Position numbers and translations under genes: made by a program
Shown: positions 14,350 through 26,889 of the stretch, one piece after another
How the letters are laid out: each line of letters begins with the position of its first letter
Position numbering within the stretch: the stretch's first letter is position 1
NCBI GenBank assembly: GCA_964016885.1
Contig: OZ024741.1
Span: 122,326,001 to 122,390,000 of the forward strand
Reading direction: 5' to 3'
From: Eledone cirrhosa
Lineage: Eukaryota
Length of the DNA stretch: 64,000 nt
The notes under the pieces: generated by a model
Told to the model about the DNA's origin: nothing
What the model saw: the letters and a program-made list of their open reading frames with translations, nothing else
Databases searched by the model: none

Positions 14350-15153
14350 GTATGTAACGTGATTTTGATTTTGCTACTATTTACCTGTATATATGTTCTA
14401 TTTGAATGGGGGTATATGTCGATATATAACTTCATAGCATGTGAATAGAATCTCATAAGCAGTTATGTTTAAACCTTTAGTTACCATATTTCTAATGAAA
14501 TATATTGCTGATGATTTTTCCAAATAATTTTACCATAAAGTAGCATTAAGAAAATATAAAGTTGCAAGACGACATTATTTTAGATGAATGTAAGTAATTT
14601 AAAATAAACGATTTTATATCATATATATAACTAGAGGCGGTTTCCAGGGGTTAAATATCAAACTGGTTAAACATTCAACATTTTCTAAGAAGTTTTCTTG
14701 CGTTTAGATTTGTTTGGAGCCTGATCATTGACAAGAAATAAATTATGAATGTAAAGTGAATTTAACAGCTTAGTTTATTTTTTAATGCCCGAATGACTTC
14801 TCTATGATGTACTAACCCCGGAACATGTACAAACAGGTAAAATATTAGCGACACTATCAATTCCGAGCAAATCCGGAAAGACTAGACACTATTAGAGTGT
14901 CGCAAGTTATACATTGCGGTATATAGTTTCGTCGCTTTAGGTTGTGATTTCGAATCATGCCGTGGTTGATGAAGTAATTACCTGTCGAAACGATATCGAA
15001 TCAATCGGCAAGAAATATATATATATATATATATTTATAGTGTATTTTGCAATATACTGTATGCTTAATTAAAAGCATTTTGAAGACCATACGCTATTGT
15101 TTTAAAGTAGCGACAATGTCGCTTACTTAAACTTTCAGCAAACAAGGGAAGAT

Positions 15154-15200
15154 AAGCTGACAGAGCTCTGTTTCGTACTTTTTGGTACTTATCAAAGCTC
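15154..15200 (-). ncRNA. type I hammerhead ribozyme, U3-A8 core variant, intact
   Basis: Reverse complement GAGCT TTGATAA GTAC caaaaa GTAC GAAA CAGAG CTCTG TC AGCTT; palindromic stem III ACAGAGCTCTGT, GUC triplet. Confidence 0.8.
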
Positions 15201-15474
15201 AGTACTCTTTCTCTGTTTGCTAAAAATTATGTGTGTTGAATTCTTATAGAATTCCAGTAATAATCAGGAACTGATTATACAGAGTGGTCGCCAGTCCAGC
15301 AGAAATTGAAAATTAGAATTGGTGCTCTATAATAGCGATATATATATGACTGTATATATAGTGTATTTTGCAATACCTTGTATGCCTAATTAAAGGCATT
15401 TTGAAGACCATATGCTATTGTTTTAAAGTAGTGACAATGTCGCTTACTTTAATTTTCAGCAAACAAGGAGAGAT

Positions 15475-15521
15475 AAGCTGACAGATCTCTCTTTCGTACT
15501 TTTTGGTACTCACCAAAGCTC
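15475..15521 (-). ncRNA. degenerate copy of the retrozyme hammerhead
   Basis: Core reads TTGGTGA; stem III mutated; stems I and II intact. Confidence 0.55.
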
Positions 15522-15859
15522 ACTACTCTCCCTGTTTTCTGAAAATTATGTGTGTTGGATTCTTATAGAATTCCAGTCAGCTTATCTCCCCCTGTTTGCT
15601 GAAAATTTAAGTAAGCGACATTGTCGCTACTTTAAAACAATAGCGTATGGTCTTCAAAATGCCTTTAATTAAGCATACAGTGTATTGCAAAATATACTAT
15701 ATATACAGCTATATATATATATATCGCTATTATAGAGCACCAATTCTAATTTTCAATTTCTGCTGGACCGGCGACCACTCTGTATAATCAGTTCCTGATT
15801 ATTACTGGAATTCTATAAGAATCCCAAACACATAATTTTCAGCAATTAGGGAGAGTAGT

Positions 15860-15906
15860 GAGCTTTGATAAGTACCAAAACGTACGGAAGAGAGCTCTGT
15901 CAGCTT
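15860..15906 (+). ncRNA. retrozyme hammerhead (U3-A8), with GAAA to GGAA lesion
   Basis: GAGCT TTGATAA GTAC caaaac GTAC GGAA GAGAGCTCTG TC AGCTT. Confidence 0.6.
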
Positions 15907-16097
15907 ATCTTCCCTTATTTGCTGAAAATTGAAGTAAGCGACATTGTCGCTACTTTAAAGCAATAGCGTATGGTCTTCAAAATGCTTTTAATTAAGCATA
16001 CAGTATATTGCAAAATACACTATATATACAGTCATATATATATATCGCTATTTCAGAGCACCAATTCTAATATATATATATATATATACATATACAT

Positions 16098-16151
<54 letters not shown>

Positions 16152-16158
16152 AAGTATG

Positions 16159-16257
16159 ACCCCGACGGCAGAGCTCAAGCCGTTTCGACGGCTATTTCTG
16201 GACTAAAGTAAGAGTTTTTTTAGTCTGGTAAATAAATAGCCCAACTTTTCATGGGGT
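16159..16257 (-). ncRNA. hammerhead motif with extended stem II and degenerate core
   Basis: Reverse complement ACCCC ATGAAAA G..GGCTATTT...AAATAGCC..C GAAA CGGC ttgagctct GCCG TC GGGGT. Confidence 0.55.
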
Positions 16258-16456
16258 ACTACCTTATATGGGAAGATTGTAGTTGTCAAGAGGATTGGTA
16301 AAAATTTGTAGCAGACACAGAAAAGCATGGCAGTGGGTGCGGGGTGGGGGTGGCTGAACTTGCCTGTAGAACAATAGGGGAGTGGGTAGAGCCGGTCAAG
16401 CGTTGAAGGTGAAATCTATTATATATATATAATATTTGATTTTCTTTCGTTATTAG

Positions 16457-16693
16457 ACAAAAGAAATGGAACTTGGAGATGAAACAATTGAAATGCCTTT
16501 AGAAGATATTAAAAGTAGCAGTAATGGTTCAATTAAAGACGCTATTCCAAACGGCTCACTAACTCACAGTGTTAAAACTACTCTAGAATCTTTACCCAGT
16601 TCATATGAAACGATGCCAAAGACGGATACTGCTGAAGCAAGCAAAGAATCTGAAACTCCTAATGGTGATATTGAAACAATCGTTCTGTCATAA
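16457..16693 (+). CDS. Gene A terminal coding exon (acidic/Ser-rich cytoplasmic tail)
   Basis: tttctttcgttattag|ACA AAA GAA ATG in frame with ORF 16466-16693 ending ...DIETIVLS*; ATTAAA at about 16777. Confidence 0.75.
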   Translation, partial: TKEMELGDETIEMPLEDIKSSSNGSIKDAIPNGSLTHSVKTTLESLPSSYETMPKTDTAEASKESETPNGDIETIVLS

Positions 16694-17063
16694 TATATAT
16701 AATTATGAAAATAACAACTAAAATTACGAGTATATGTTCAAGGACGCCTCGGAGCTATCACACTTGAACATTTGGTATTAAAATTATTCATATATTTCTT
16801 TATTGTACACTGATTTTTTTTCAGAGTAATTTCATAATCCTGGCAAGTTTATAATTAGAATGTTTCGGTAGTTGTAACCGCCGGCCATCTTCAGGTCTCT
16901 TTTAAGCAATATTGCCGGAATTTTGAAAGGAGCCATGGAGGATGTTTCAAATTCTCATATCTATGTCGTGGATATTTTCCTATTAGTTACTTTCGTTACC
17001 ATTGTGCGTTGAAATTAAACTAGACCCACCCCTCTCTCTGTATACACACATACACACTCACGC

Positions 17064-17177
<114 letters not shown>

Positions 17178-17685
17178 GGAGTTAACCAAGAGCAATCAAA
17201 ACCACCAATTAATAATAAGCTCAATGAATTTATGTCGTTATAGATAGAAATATAGAAGAGATAGTGTTTATGGAGAGAACAAATAAGTGACACATAATAA
17301 CACAGACCACATACAACAAATTAAGATGATAGAATAGATTTCTTAAATCATTTCATAACATTAGAAATCATTTAATACAACTAATTTAATTGATACTTTT
17401 CTGACAATATTAGAACAAAATGACCCTCCCCAAATATAACAATATAACACATATAACAACTAATACTTATGTTATAACCATATAGTAGCCTGTTGGATGG
17501 AACACGTAATAGCGTAATAGAGTAATAGATATAATCAAATATTGTATACCTTCAGAAGTAATATAAATGACAAAAAAAAAAAAAATGACCTGGTGAAGAG
17601 TAAGCCCAAAGGAAATGTTTGTTATATTTACGAATGAATACATATATTACCTCTGATGATATAAGAAATCTATTGTATCATCTTA

Positions 17686-17773
<88 letters not shown>

Positions 17774-17977
17774 TTGATAAATGGCGATATTGACTTAGTT
17801 TGGAATAAACAAAATAGTGGCAAGCTCAATGTGTTGATATGTTTATTAATCATGCGGCTAAAAATAAATCCAGTGTAAATCCAAGGATGCAAGATGCGAA
17901 AGATCGAAATATAACCGGCATCACAGAACATTATAAGAAACCAAATCATAGAAATTTAACGAATCTCTCTCTCTCTC

Positions 17978-18868
<891 letters not shown>

Positions 18869-19222
18869 TATATATATATATATATATATACATATTATAT
18901 ATATATATAAAGTAGACAGCAACAACACAGAAAACAAAACAGTACAATGAAGTTATATCATAGTTTAACACATTATAGGAGAAAAGAATGTGGGTTTCGG
19001 ATAGAAGTCCTTCATTAGAAGATGAAATGAGGAATACAAAATAAAGAGTCAGAACGGGATGACACGGACACTTTTTCTGAGAACAGTAATTTGCATAAAT
19101 TCGTGAACTGAGATGATAATTCTTCACCTCAGCATGTCTCATATTACTTCACTGTTAAAAAGATACAAATCTATCTTACAAAACTCTTCATTTAGAAACT
19201 AATCTAAACATGCTTTGGTATA

Positions 19223-19313
<91 letters not shown>

Positions 19314-19344
19314 GAGTGCGTGATAACACACAGGAATAACTAAG

Positions 19345-19390
<46 letters not shown>

Positions 19391-19421
19391 CTTAGTTATT
19401 CCTGTGTGTTATCACGCACTC

Positions 19422-19455
<34 letters not shown>

Positions 19456-19474
19456 ATATATATGAGTGCGTGAT

Positions 19475-19663
19475 AAGAAAGTAAATTTTGTTTATATCCC
19501 ACACGCGTAAAAATATAGGAAAAAAGTTGAAAATACAACTGGAGTCTTTAAGAAGATATATTAATTATAACTCTACCGGTTTCAAAAGTTAAGTGGGGTG
19601 GATGGGAGAAAAATCATCAAAACGTAAAACCAGTAACATATATTATATATCTTCTTAAAGACA

Positions 19664-19707
<44 letters not shown>

Positions 19708-19897
19708 TGTCTTTAAGAAGATATATAATATATGTTACCGGTTTTACGTTTTGATGATTTTTCTCCCATCCACCCCACTTAACTTTTGAAACCGGTAGAG
19801 TTATAATTAATATATCTTCTTAAAGACTCCAATTGTATTTTCAACTTTTTTCCTATATTTTTACGCGTGTGGGATATAAACAAAATTTACTTTCTTA
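19475..19897. repeat. about 190-bp near-perfect inverted repeat centred on (TA)n; PLE-tail-like
   Basis: 19475-19665 vs 19705-19897 with a few mismatches; contains GAAACCGGTA and a tail related to 57790-57900. Confidence 0.8.
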
Positions 19898-20269
19898 TAT
19901 ATATGTATTTATATATATTGTATGTATATGTATGTCAGAGTATATTCCTGTATATATGTCGTGTGTGTACTTAAGCATAATATTTGACATAATGTTTGGA
20001 CGTATATCACAGAAAATAAAGGTTGCAGCTCATCTTATATCAACAACAATCTAACGATAGCTATTTTACAACATGCAGCAGATATTATGTATGTATGTAT
20101 GTATGTATGTATGTATGTATGTATGTATGTATGTATGTATGTATGTATGTATAATCACCAACCATTAATTTGAAAAGAAGAAATACAACAAAATGTAAGA
20201 GAAAACAAGGGGCACTGGAGTTCCCTCAAATATCTTTTAAGCAAACCAGCAACACATGCATCATTGTCG

Positions 20270-20730
20270 CATGCGATAGAGTGGCTAAGATTGAATGACC
20301 AAATATTCTCACAAGGAGCATCACCTGATACGGCTGGGTGATAGCGTAACTAAGACACTGAAATAGCAAAGCACCCTCATCATGAGCATCCCCTGGTACT
20401 TCGTCGGTTAGGCTGGTAGTTAATATGACTAAAATAATGGAATATCCAAGAACCCTCACCTGAACATCATCGGATACCTCGGTAAGGCCGTATGATAAGT
20501 GACAAAATACAGGAATAACTAAGTACCCTTATCAGGATCATCGCTTGATACATTCGCATGGTTGCGTAATAGCGTGTCTAAGACACTGGAATAACCAAGT
20601 ATCCTCACTACGAATACCACCTAATACTTCGTCGGTAAGATGGAATTTAACGTGGCCAAGAAATGGAATAGCCATGCACCGTCACCATTAGCCACACCAG
20701 ATACCTCGGTATGGCTTGGTGATAGTGAAC
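20270..20730. repeat. degenerate tandem repeat, about 70-80 bp units
   Basis: Recurring gatagcgtggctaagacactggaatagccaagcaccctcac...cctgatac; related block at 26295-26500. Confidence 0.7.
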
Positions 20731-21324
20731 CGCCAAAGATCTATGTTTTTAGCGGTTAGCTCGCTCACACTTTTCAAATGCCACAGACTGGAAAAAAGAG
20801 ATTTGAATATACATTTTATTTTATGTTTGTTAACATTAAAAAAATATTGAGGTATTTAGCAGTTATTTTCAGCATGTTTCTTGATGTTATTATTATTTTT
20901 TTTATATGAATTTGATTTGGCTGCTATTTCTAAATGTTTTGCTGCCTTTTCCTAATTGTCAATATTTGTTAATCAGTTGTTATTTCTAGCAGATAACTTG
21001 ACCTCGTGGAATCCCGCAAATAAGGTCAAAAACTTTACGTAACTTTCAAAGGGAAATAACTCAGAGGAAACTATTATTTTAGACTTATTTCCCTTGCATT
21101 GTTAAATTGTTTCACCGTAATTTTATAATTCATATATTTTACAAGACGTTGGTTACAATTTTGTAGATGAAATAGACAATTTTAACAAGAGTAGAATTTG
21201 TGGTGAGTCGTAGATTTGTTTGGTATTTCTATTATTTTCTTGCACATTAAAGGTATTTTACGAAGGAGGTTTCATTCTTATTACACCAGCACAGGTTGGT
21301 TCACTGGTATAATATAATTATAAC

Positions 21325-21970
21325 AATTATTGTTTCTGATTTAGGCACAGGATCAACAATTTTAGGGGAAGGGAAAGGAAATTAAATCTACCCCAGTGTT
21401 TTACTGGTACTTTATTTTATCGACCCCGTAAGAATGAAAGGCAAAATTAACTTATGCGGGATTTGAACTCAGAATGTAAAGAGCCGTAACTATATGCCGC
21501 CAAGCATGTTGTCTGACGCTATATCGATAATACTAATCCTAATAATAATAATTGTTTCTACGTTAGGCACAAGGCCACCAATTACCCAGTGTATTACTGG
21601 TACTTTATTTTATCGATCCCGTAAGGATGAAAGGCAAAGTTAACCTCGGCGGGATTTGAACTCAGAATGGCAAGGACCGTAACTCTATGCGTCAAAGCAT
21701 GGCGTCCGACCCTCTACCAATACTGCCAATCCACCGCCCTTAATCCTAATAATAATAATGGTTTTTAATATAGGCACAAGGCTAATAATTTAGGGGGAGA
21801 GGGAATTCGATTAAATCGACCCAGTACGTTACTGGTGCTTTATTGTATCGACCCCCGTAATGATGAAAGGCAAAGTTAACCTCGGTGGGATTTGAACTCA
21901 GAATGTAAAGGGCCGTAACTATATGCCGTAAAGCATGTTGTCCGACGCTATAGCGATACTACCAATCCTA
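21325..21970 (-). mobile_element. three head-to-tail tRNA-derived SINEs separated by (TAA)n
   Basis: Three copies of the box A/box B/core pattern. Confidence 0.85.
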
Positions 21971-22608
21971 ATAATGAAAATTATTGTGTACAGTGCTCAG
22001 GCGCACTACAATTCCAAAAGTGCATGTATAATATATTGAATAATGTACAAAAGTTAGGAAAGTGAACAGTGTATGCGTCATGATACACAAACGCACACAC
22101 ACACACAGACACACAGACACAGACACATACACACTCACACTCACACACACACACAGATATGTATGAGTGTAGAATATCAGATGTAGTGTTGGCAAATTTC
22201 GGGAAGCATTGATGTTTTGAAGGATGCATTGTCTCGACATCTAACAATTGATGTAGGTAGTTTGTTCCATGCTTCCGCAACTCTGAGCGTGAAAAATTGT
22301 TTCCGAAAGTCATGTGAGCTATACTGCTTTCTGATTTTGTAAGCATGTCCACGGGTGTTAGATATATGGAATTCAAAATGGGGCTCAGGTTGTTGGCAAG
22401 ATGGTTAATAAGCTTATGGGTGTCTTTCCAGCATTTTACTAGACATCAATGTGTGCGGTTTGGTTGCAATTTCTACTGATTTCCAAATCCATCCGGTTAA
22501 TTTAGTTGTTTTTTTTATCTTCCATATAAATAAAATGTTTTTTTTTTAGGGGCGTTTTAGCTACTATTTCTAACGTTATATTTGTATGTGTAAGTGTACC
22601 TTTGTATA

Positions 22609-23200
22609 TATTGGGTTGTCCAAAAAGTCCACTCAGTCTTTAAAGCGAAAATAAAACACTAGTTTTAAACACAAAGCCATTTATTCAATCAATGATATAA
22701 TAACCGTTTAGTTTCTGTCTTCTGCCATCTTGTGGGCAGATCCTTTACTGCCTGCCTTCTGTTTTTTTCGGCTAAAAGCTCTTCCGGATGAATTTCTATA
22801 TTCACTTCAGAGTTGAAGGTTTGACCATTCATTCAATGGATTCTGAAGAGACCAAAACATGTTGAAACCTGAAGATTCAAGGTCGGGCAAATATGAAAGT
22901 GCGGCAAAACTTCCCAGCCAAGCCCCAATAACTTCTGTCGCATCTGCAAAGATGTGTGTTGTCTACTATTGCCATGATGAAAGACAATGTCCTTACGATT
23001 AGTATGTGCTGGGCATTTCTGGTGCATCACTGAGTTTAATTTATTCTGCTGGTCATAGTATACATTCGAATTGATGGTCTTGTCTGTGGGAAGAGGTTTG
23101 TAAAAGACGACAGCCTTTCAATCCCACGAAATTGAAAGCATAACTTTCTTCAGGTGGAATCCTGCTTTGGATGGTGTTTGTATAAAGTCTGCGATGCCGA
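22609..23200 (-). mobile_element. mariner (Tc1/mariner) transposase 3' remnant with one TIR
   Basis: IVFHHGNSRQHTSLQMRQKLLGLGWEVLPH resembles mariner FHHDNARPH...LGWEVLPHPPYSPDL; TA-ttgggttgtccaaaaagt end. Confidence 0.8.
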
Positions 23201-23285
23201 GACCGGTGAGCCCACTAATTATGGGAGTACTCAATGCATTAGTAAATGCAGAGGGGGTATAGATATGTAAATTCCTGACAGGGTT

Positions 23286-23328
23286 GCCAAACGGTTTCGG
23301 CTTGTATATACAGCAAGCCTTAAAAGGC
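23286..23328 (-). ncRNA. decayed hammerhead motif
   Basis: Reverse complement GCC TTTTAA GGCTTG ctgtatata CAAGCC GAAA CCGT TT GGC; junction intact, core 1 nt short. Confidence 0.45.
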
Positions 23329-23336
23329 TCTTGGTG

Positions 23337-23459
<123 letters not shown>

Positions 23460-23699
23460 GTGTGTGTGTAGAAATGTCTTCTACAGGACTAGAAATATTT
23501 CATTCGTTAGAAAACGCCAGGAAAGTCTTTCTTGATTTCTTACGAATGAAATAGTTTTAATCCTGTAGAAGTCTATAATGAAATAAAGATGTCTATACTG
23601 TACTAATACATGAAATACATTTTAACTGTCGTCATCTCCTGATATACATCGAGAACCCTCCTCTTTTTATATATATATATATATATATATAAATAAAGA

Positions 23700-24012
23700 G
23701 AATCAGAAGAAAGAGAATCAGTGTTGCGACGAGGAATTTATTGGACATATTACAAATGTTTCTCGGGCGAGAAAATCTGCTTCGTAGAATCGAGACGTAT
23801 CACACGACCGAGTGATTTCAGAGTGAGGTGTGATCACCATATCGATCGTGCCTCGAGCTGGTCACCCGAGAAACATTCGAAATATGTCCAATAAATTCCT
23901 TTCGTCGCAACACTGATTCTCTTTCTTCTGTGATATCATACTCTGCTCTACGAGGGCATTGATTGTTCATACGGCCTACCGCATACGGACGCTTTAAGCA
24001 TCCAATACCAAT
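23700..24012 (+). mobile_element. short non-coding element with 5' inverted duplication in (TA)n
   Basis: 23705-23768 is the reverse complement of about 23864-23930. Confidence 0.65.
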
Positions 24013-24146
24013 TATATATATATATATAAAGAATTAGTACATCTAGTAACATATATATACACACAGATGCATACTTATGCTAGCAAATATATAGGTTTTG
24101 TTTTAGTAACTTTGTGGTTCAATGCATGGGGTTGCAGAACAATAAT

Positions 24147-24711
24147 ATGAGAGACGTAAAATAAGAAAATTATAAAATTAACTTACTTACTAAAATTTCA
24201 CTCCCAACTAATTAGTTTCTGAAAGGGAATAAACATACTTTCCGAAGAAGTGTACAGAGAAGCCTTTCGTCATCAGGGAAGTCTATTCTCAGCTAAGTTT
24301 CCAGGCAATACGTGGACACTGGGAACTTATACAAAAATAATTCAGTGGATAGAAAAAAGCAAAGCATGGACTAAAATCTTAGCCATTGAGAAAATCACTG
24401 CCTACTGCGTCGGTGGCAAATTCAAAAGAATCAATCACGTGACATCGAGGTCAATCAGTGGAAAGTGGTTTGTTAAGAAGACAGCAGGATTTTAGTCCAA
24501 GCTTTGCTTTTTTCTATCCACTGAATTATTTTTGTATAAGTTCCCAGTGTCCACGTATTGCCTGGAAACTTAGCTGAGAATAGACTTCCCTGATGACGAA
24601 AGGCTTCTCTGTACACCTCTTCGGAAAGTATGTTTATTCCCTTTCAGAAACTAATTAGTTGGGAGTGAAATTTTAGTAAGTAAGTTAATTTTATAATTTT
24701 CTTATTTTACG

Positions 24712-24720
<9 letters not shown>
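24147..24720. mobile_element. about 230-bp-arm inverted repeat carrying a hammerhead in each arm
   Basis: 24147-24378 vs 24488-24720, near identical, about 110-bp spacer, ends in (TA)n. Confidence 0.85.
24584..24666 (+). ncRNA. type I hammerhead, palindromic stem III (inverted copy at 24200-24282)
   Basis: ACTTCC CTGATGA c GAAAGG ... CCTTTC a GAAA CTAATTAG TT GGGAGT. Confidence 0.75.
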
Positions 24721-24810
<90 letters not shown>

Positions 24811-25029
24811 TAATAGAATTAAAAGCTTTCTCCGTATACGAGCTACAGAAAAATAGTCTAATATTGGGGAATAACGTTATGCCCTAATATTAAACTATTT
24901 TCTGTTGTTAATGTACGGTGAAAGCTTCTAATCCTATTTTCAAAATTTTCAATCACCACCGTATTCTGATTAACACCTGTGTGTATCGAGGGATAGCGTA
25001 CTTTAGATGGTGGAATGGCTTAGGAAACA

Positions 25030-26250
25030 AATCTGTATAGGATTCAAAGGGCTACAACTCAATCCTTCTCCTGTTTATCCTCTTCACACTCCTGGGGCGA
25101 CTTCTTTTAGCCAGACTTGAACCTATATTCGACGCCCAAATGTTGGATTAGCAAGCGGGTTTTCGCCGTTGTCGGAACACAGTTCATCAGATCGTCAACC
25201 TGACCAATAACATTGGTCGACATCGCCACAACCTATGACGTCACTGTATGGCACAAGCGTAACCATGAAGTTACTAAGAATAATTTCTGACCGTCATATA
25301 CTGCGGTTTATCTGCAATATCCTAGACAACTAAAGCTTCGCCCTGAAGTCCAGTAAACTGCACCGCCTTCATAATGGAGTGCCTCACGCTTCGGTATTAT
25401 CCCCTATACTCTTTAACTTGTACATCAGTGGAATACCCCAAACAACTTCACAATTGTATGGCTGTGCAGATGATCTCGTCTTTCTCCACTCCGATAGAAT
25501 CTGGACTAACGTTGAGAGCTTACTAACTGCCGACATGACCCACTGGCAACATATTTCAAGATCTCGAAATTGAAGCTGAGTATAGCAAAGACGACTGCAA
25601 CAGCACCCCACTTGAATATCAAGGAGGGCAATTGCCAGCTTGGTATTAAGCTCGATGATACACCCTCTCATATAACACCACACCAACTTATCTCGGTGTG
25701 AAATTAGACCGACAGCTGCCCTACAGACAGCACCTCCAGTCCTTACGCGTAAAGTTGTGCACAAGGGACAACCTTCTACGCCAATTTGTAGGCTCATACT
25801 TTGGTGCTGGTACACCCACTCTACATACCAGTGCCTTAACCTTCGTCTTCAGTGCTACGGAGTACGCCTCTGGGTATGAATGCAGAAGCTCCCACACTAA
25901 GAGGCTAGATACAGCCATTAACTACACCTTAAGGCTCATCACCGGCTTATATCAACTGAATATCTCCCTGAGCTCTCAGGCATTGTTCCTGCACCCCTCA
26001 ATAGACCAATTCCTCCGCTCCATGACATAGCTGAGAATTTTCAGCTATTCGATCAACTTCTCTTGATGTCACGCCACCCTTTATCTCGTAACTCAGCAAA
26101 GCTGCGAAACTGAAATTTCAACATGCTTCAGATGCGTATATCTGCAGCTTGCCAGTGAAGACTTCAGAATACATCCAAAGTGAACGCTTGGATTCCGCTC
26201 ACCTGAGATTGTGGACCACAAGCACTCTAATACACTGGGGGATGTCACGT
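25030..26250 (+). mobile_element. decayed Vingi/Ingi-like non-LTR retrotransposon RT fragment
   Basis: GVPHASVLSPILFNLY, YGCADDL, KLCTRDNLLRQFVGSYFGA...TSALTFVFSATEYA; many frameshifts. Confidence 0.75.
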
Positions 26251-26669
26251 GATTGCCGTGTCATACGAAAAAGGGAAGAAAGTAGTAAGAAGAGATGATA
26301 GCGTGGCTAAGACGCTGTAATAGCGAAGCATCCTCACGTCAGTAAGGCTTGGTGATGACGAGATTAAGATGACCAAGTTATAGTGAAGCTAATATGCTGG
26401 ATTAACTAGGCACCCTCACTAGGAGCATCGCCTGATATGTCATTAAGCTGATGTGATAGCATAGCTAAGACGCGTAAATAATCAAGCGCCCTCATCAGGA
26501 GAAAACGAACAATAATGACAACGCCAGAACAAAAAGAAGTGTGGTTTATTTATTCATGGGTCAAATGTGACCTGTACACAGTAATAATAGGCATCATGAA
26601 AGAATGGACAACAGTAACAATAAGAATATTGGTAGCAGTAGTAGTGGTGGTTGGCAGTCATGAGATTTC

Positions 26670-26722
26670 TTATTTTGGTCTTAGGCGGATAAATACGGCA
26701 ATTGAATCAGCTATTCTATGTC
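26670..26722 (-). CDS. Gene B terminal exon (GHRIADSIAVFIRLRPK*)
   Basis: tttcccttattcccag acceptor, phase 1; AATAAA downstream at about 26545-26554. Confidence 0.75.
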
Positions 26723-26889
26723 CTGGGAATAAGGGAAATATCAGTAAAAACAACAACAATAGTACCAACAACAATATCCATAAAACAATAGTAACAATTA
26801 CAACAACTGTAAAAACAGTAACAACGACTATAACTGCTACTAGCAGACTACGACGGCGACAACCACCACTACAACTACTACTACTACTA

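Larger units (their letters stand above)
15036..16070. mobile_element. retrozyme-like non-coding element: 323-nt tandem unit, about 1.6 units inverted + about 1.5 units direct, in (TA)n
   Basis: Left arm 15036-15577 is the reverse complement of the unit; right arm repeats GTC^AGCTT at 15578 and 15901; one HHR per unit; related fragment at 8701-8759. Confidence 0.8.

Noticed and set aside
16860-16898. Minus-strand CTGAAGA...GAAAC hammerhead-like motif
   Set aside because: No stem I or stem III partner found downstream
18985-19025. Minus-strand CTAATGA..GGA/TCC GAAAC motif (and ATGAAGA..GAAACCGGTA at about 60290-60325)
   Set aside because: Core mutated and stem I unpaired; possibly decayed HHRs but not supportable
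19313-19424. Perfect 36-bp inverted repeat around (TA)n (also the duplication at 2160-2240)
   Set aside because: (TA)n is self-complementary, so perfect arms may be assembly flips; needs long reads
20270-20730. Repeat-spacer-like array
   Set aside because: Units are degenerate tandem copies without unique spacers; eukaryotic context, no cas genes
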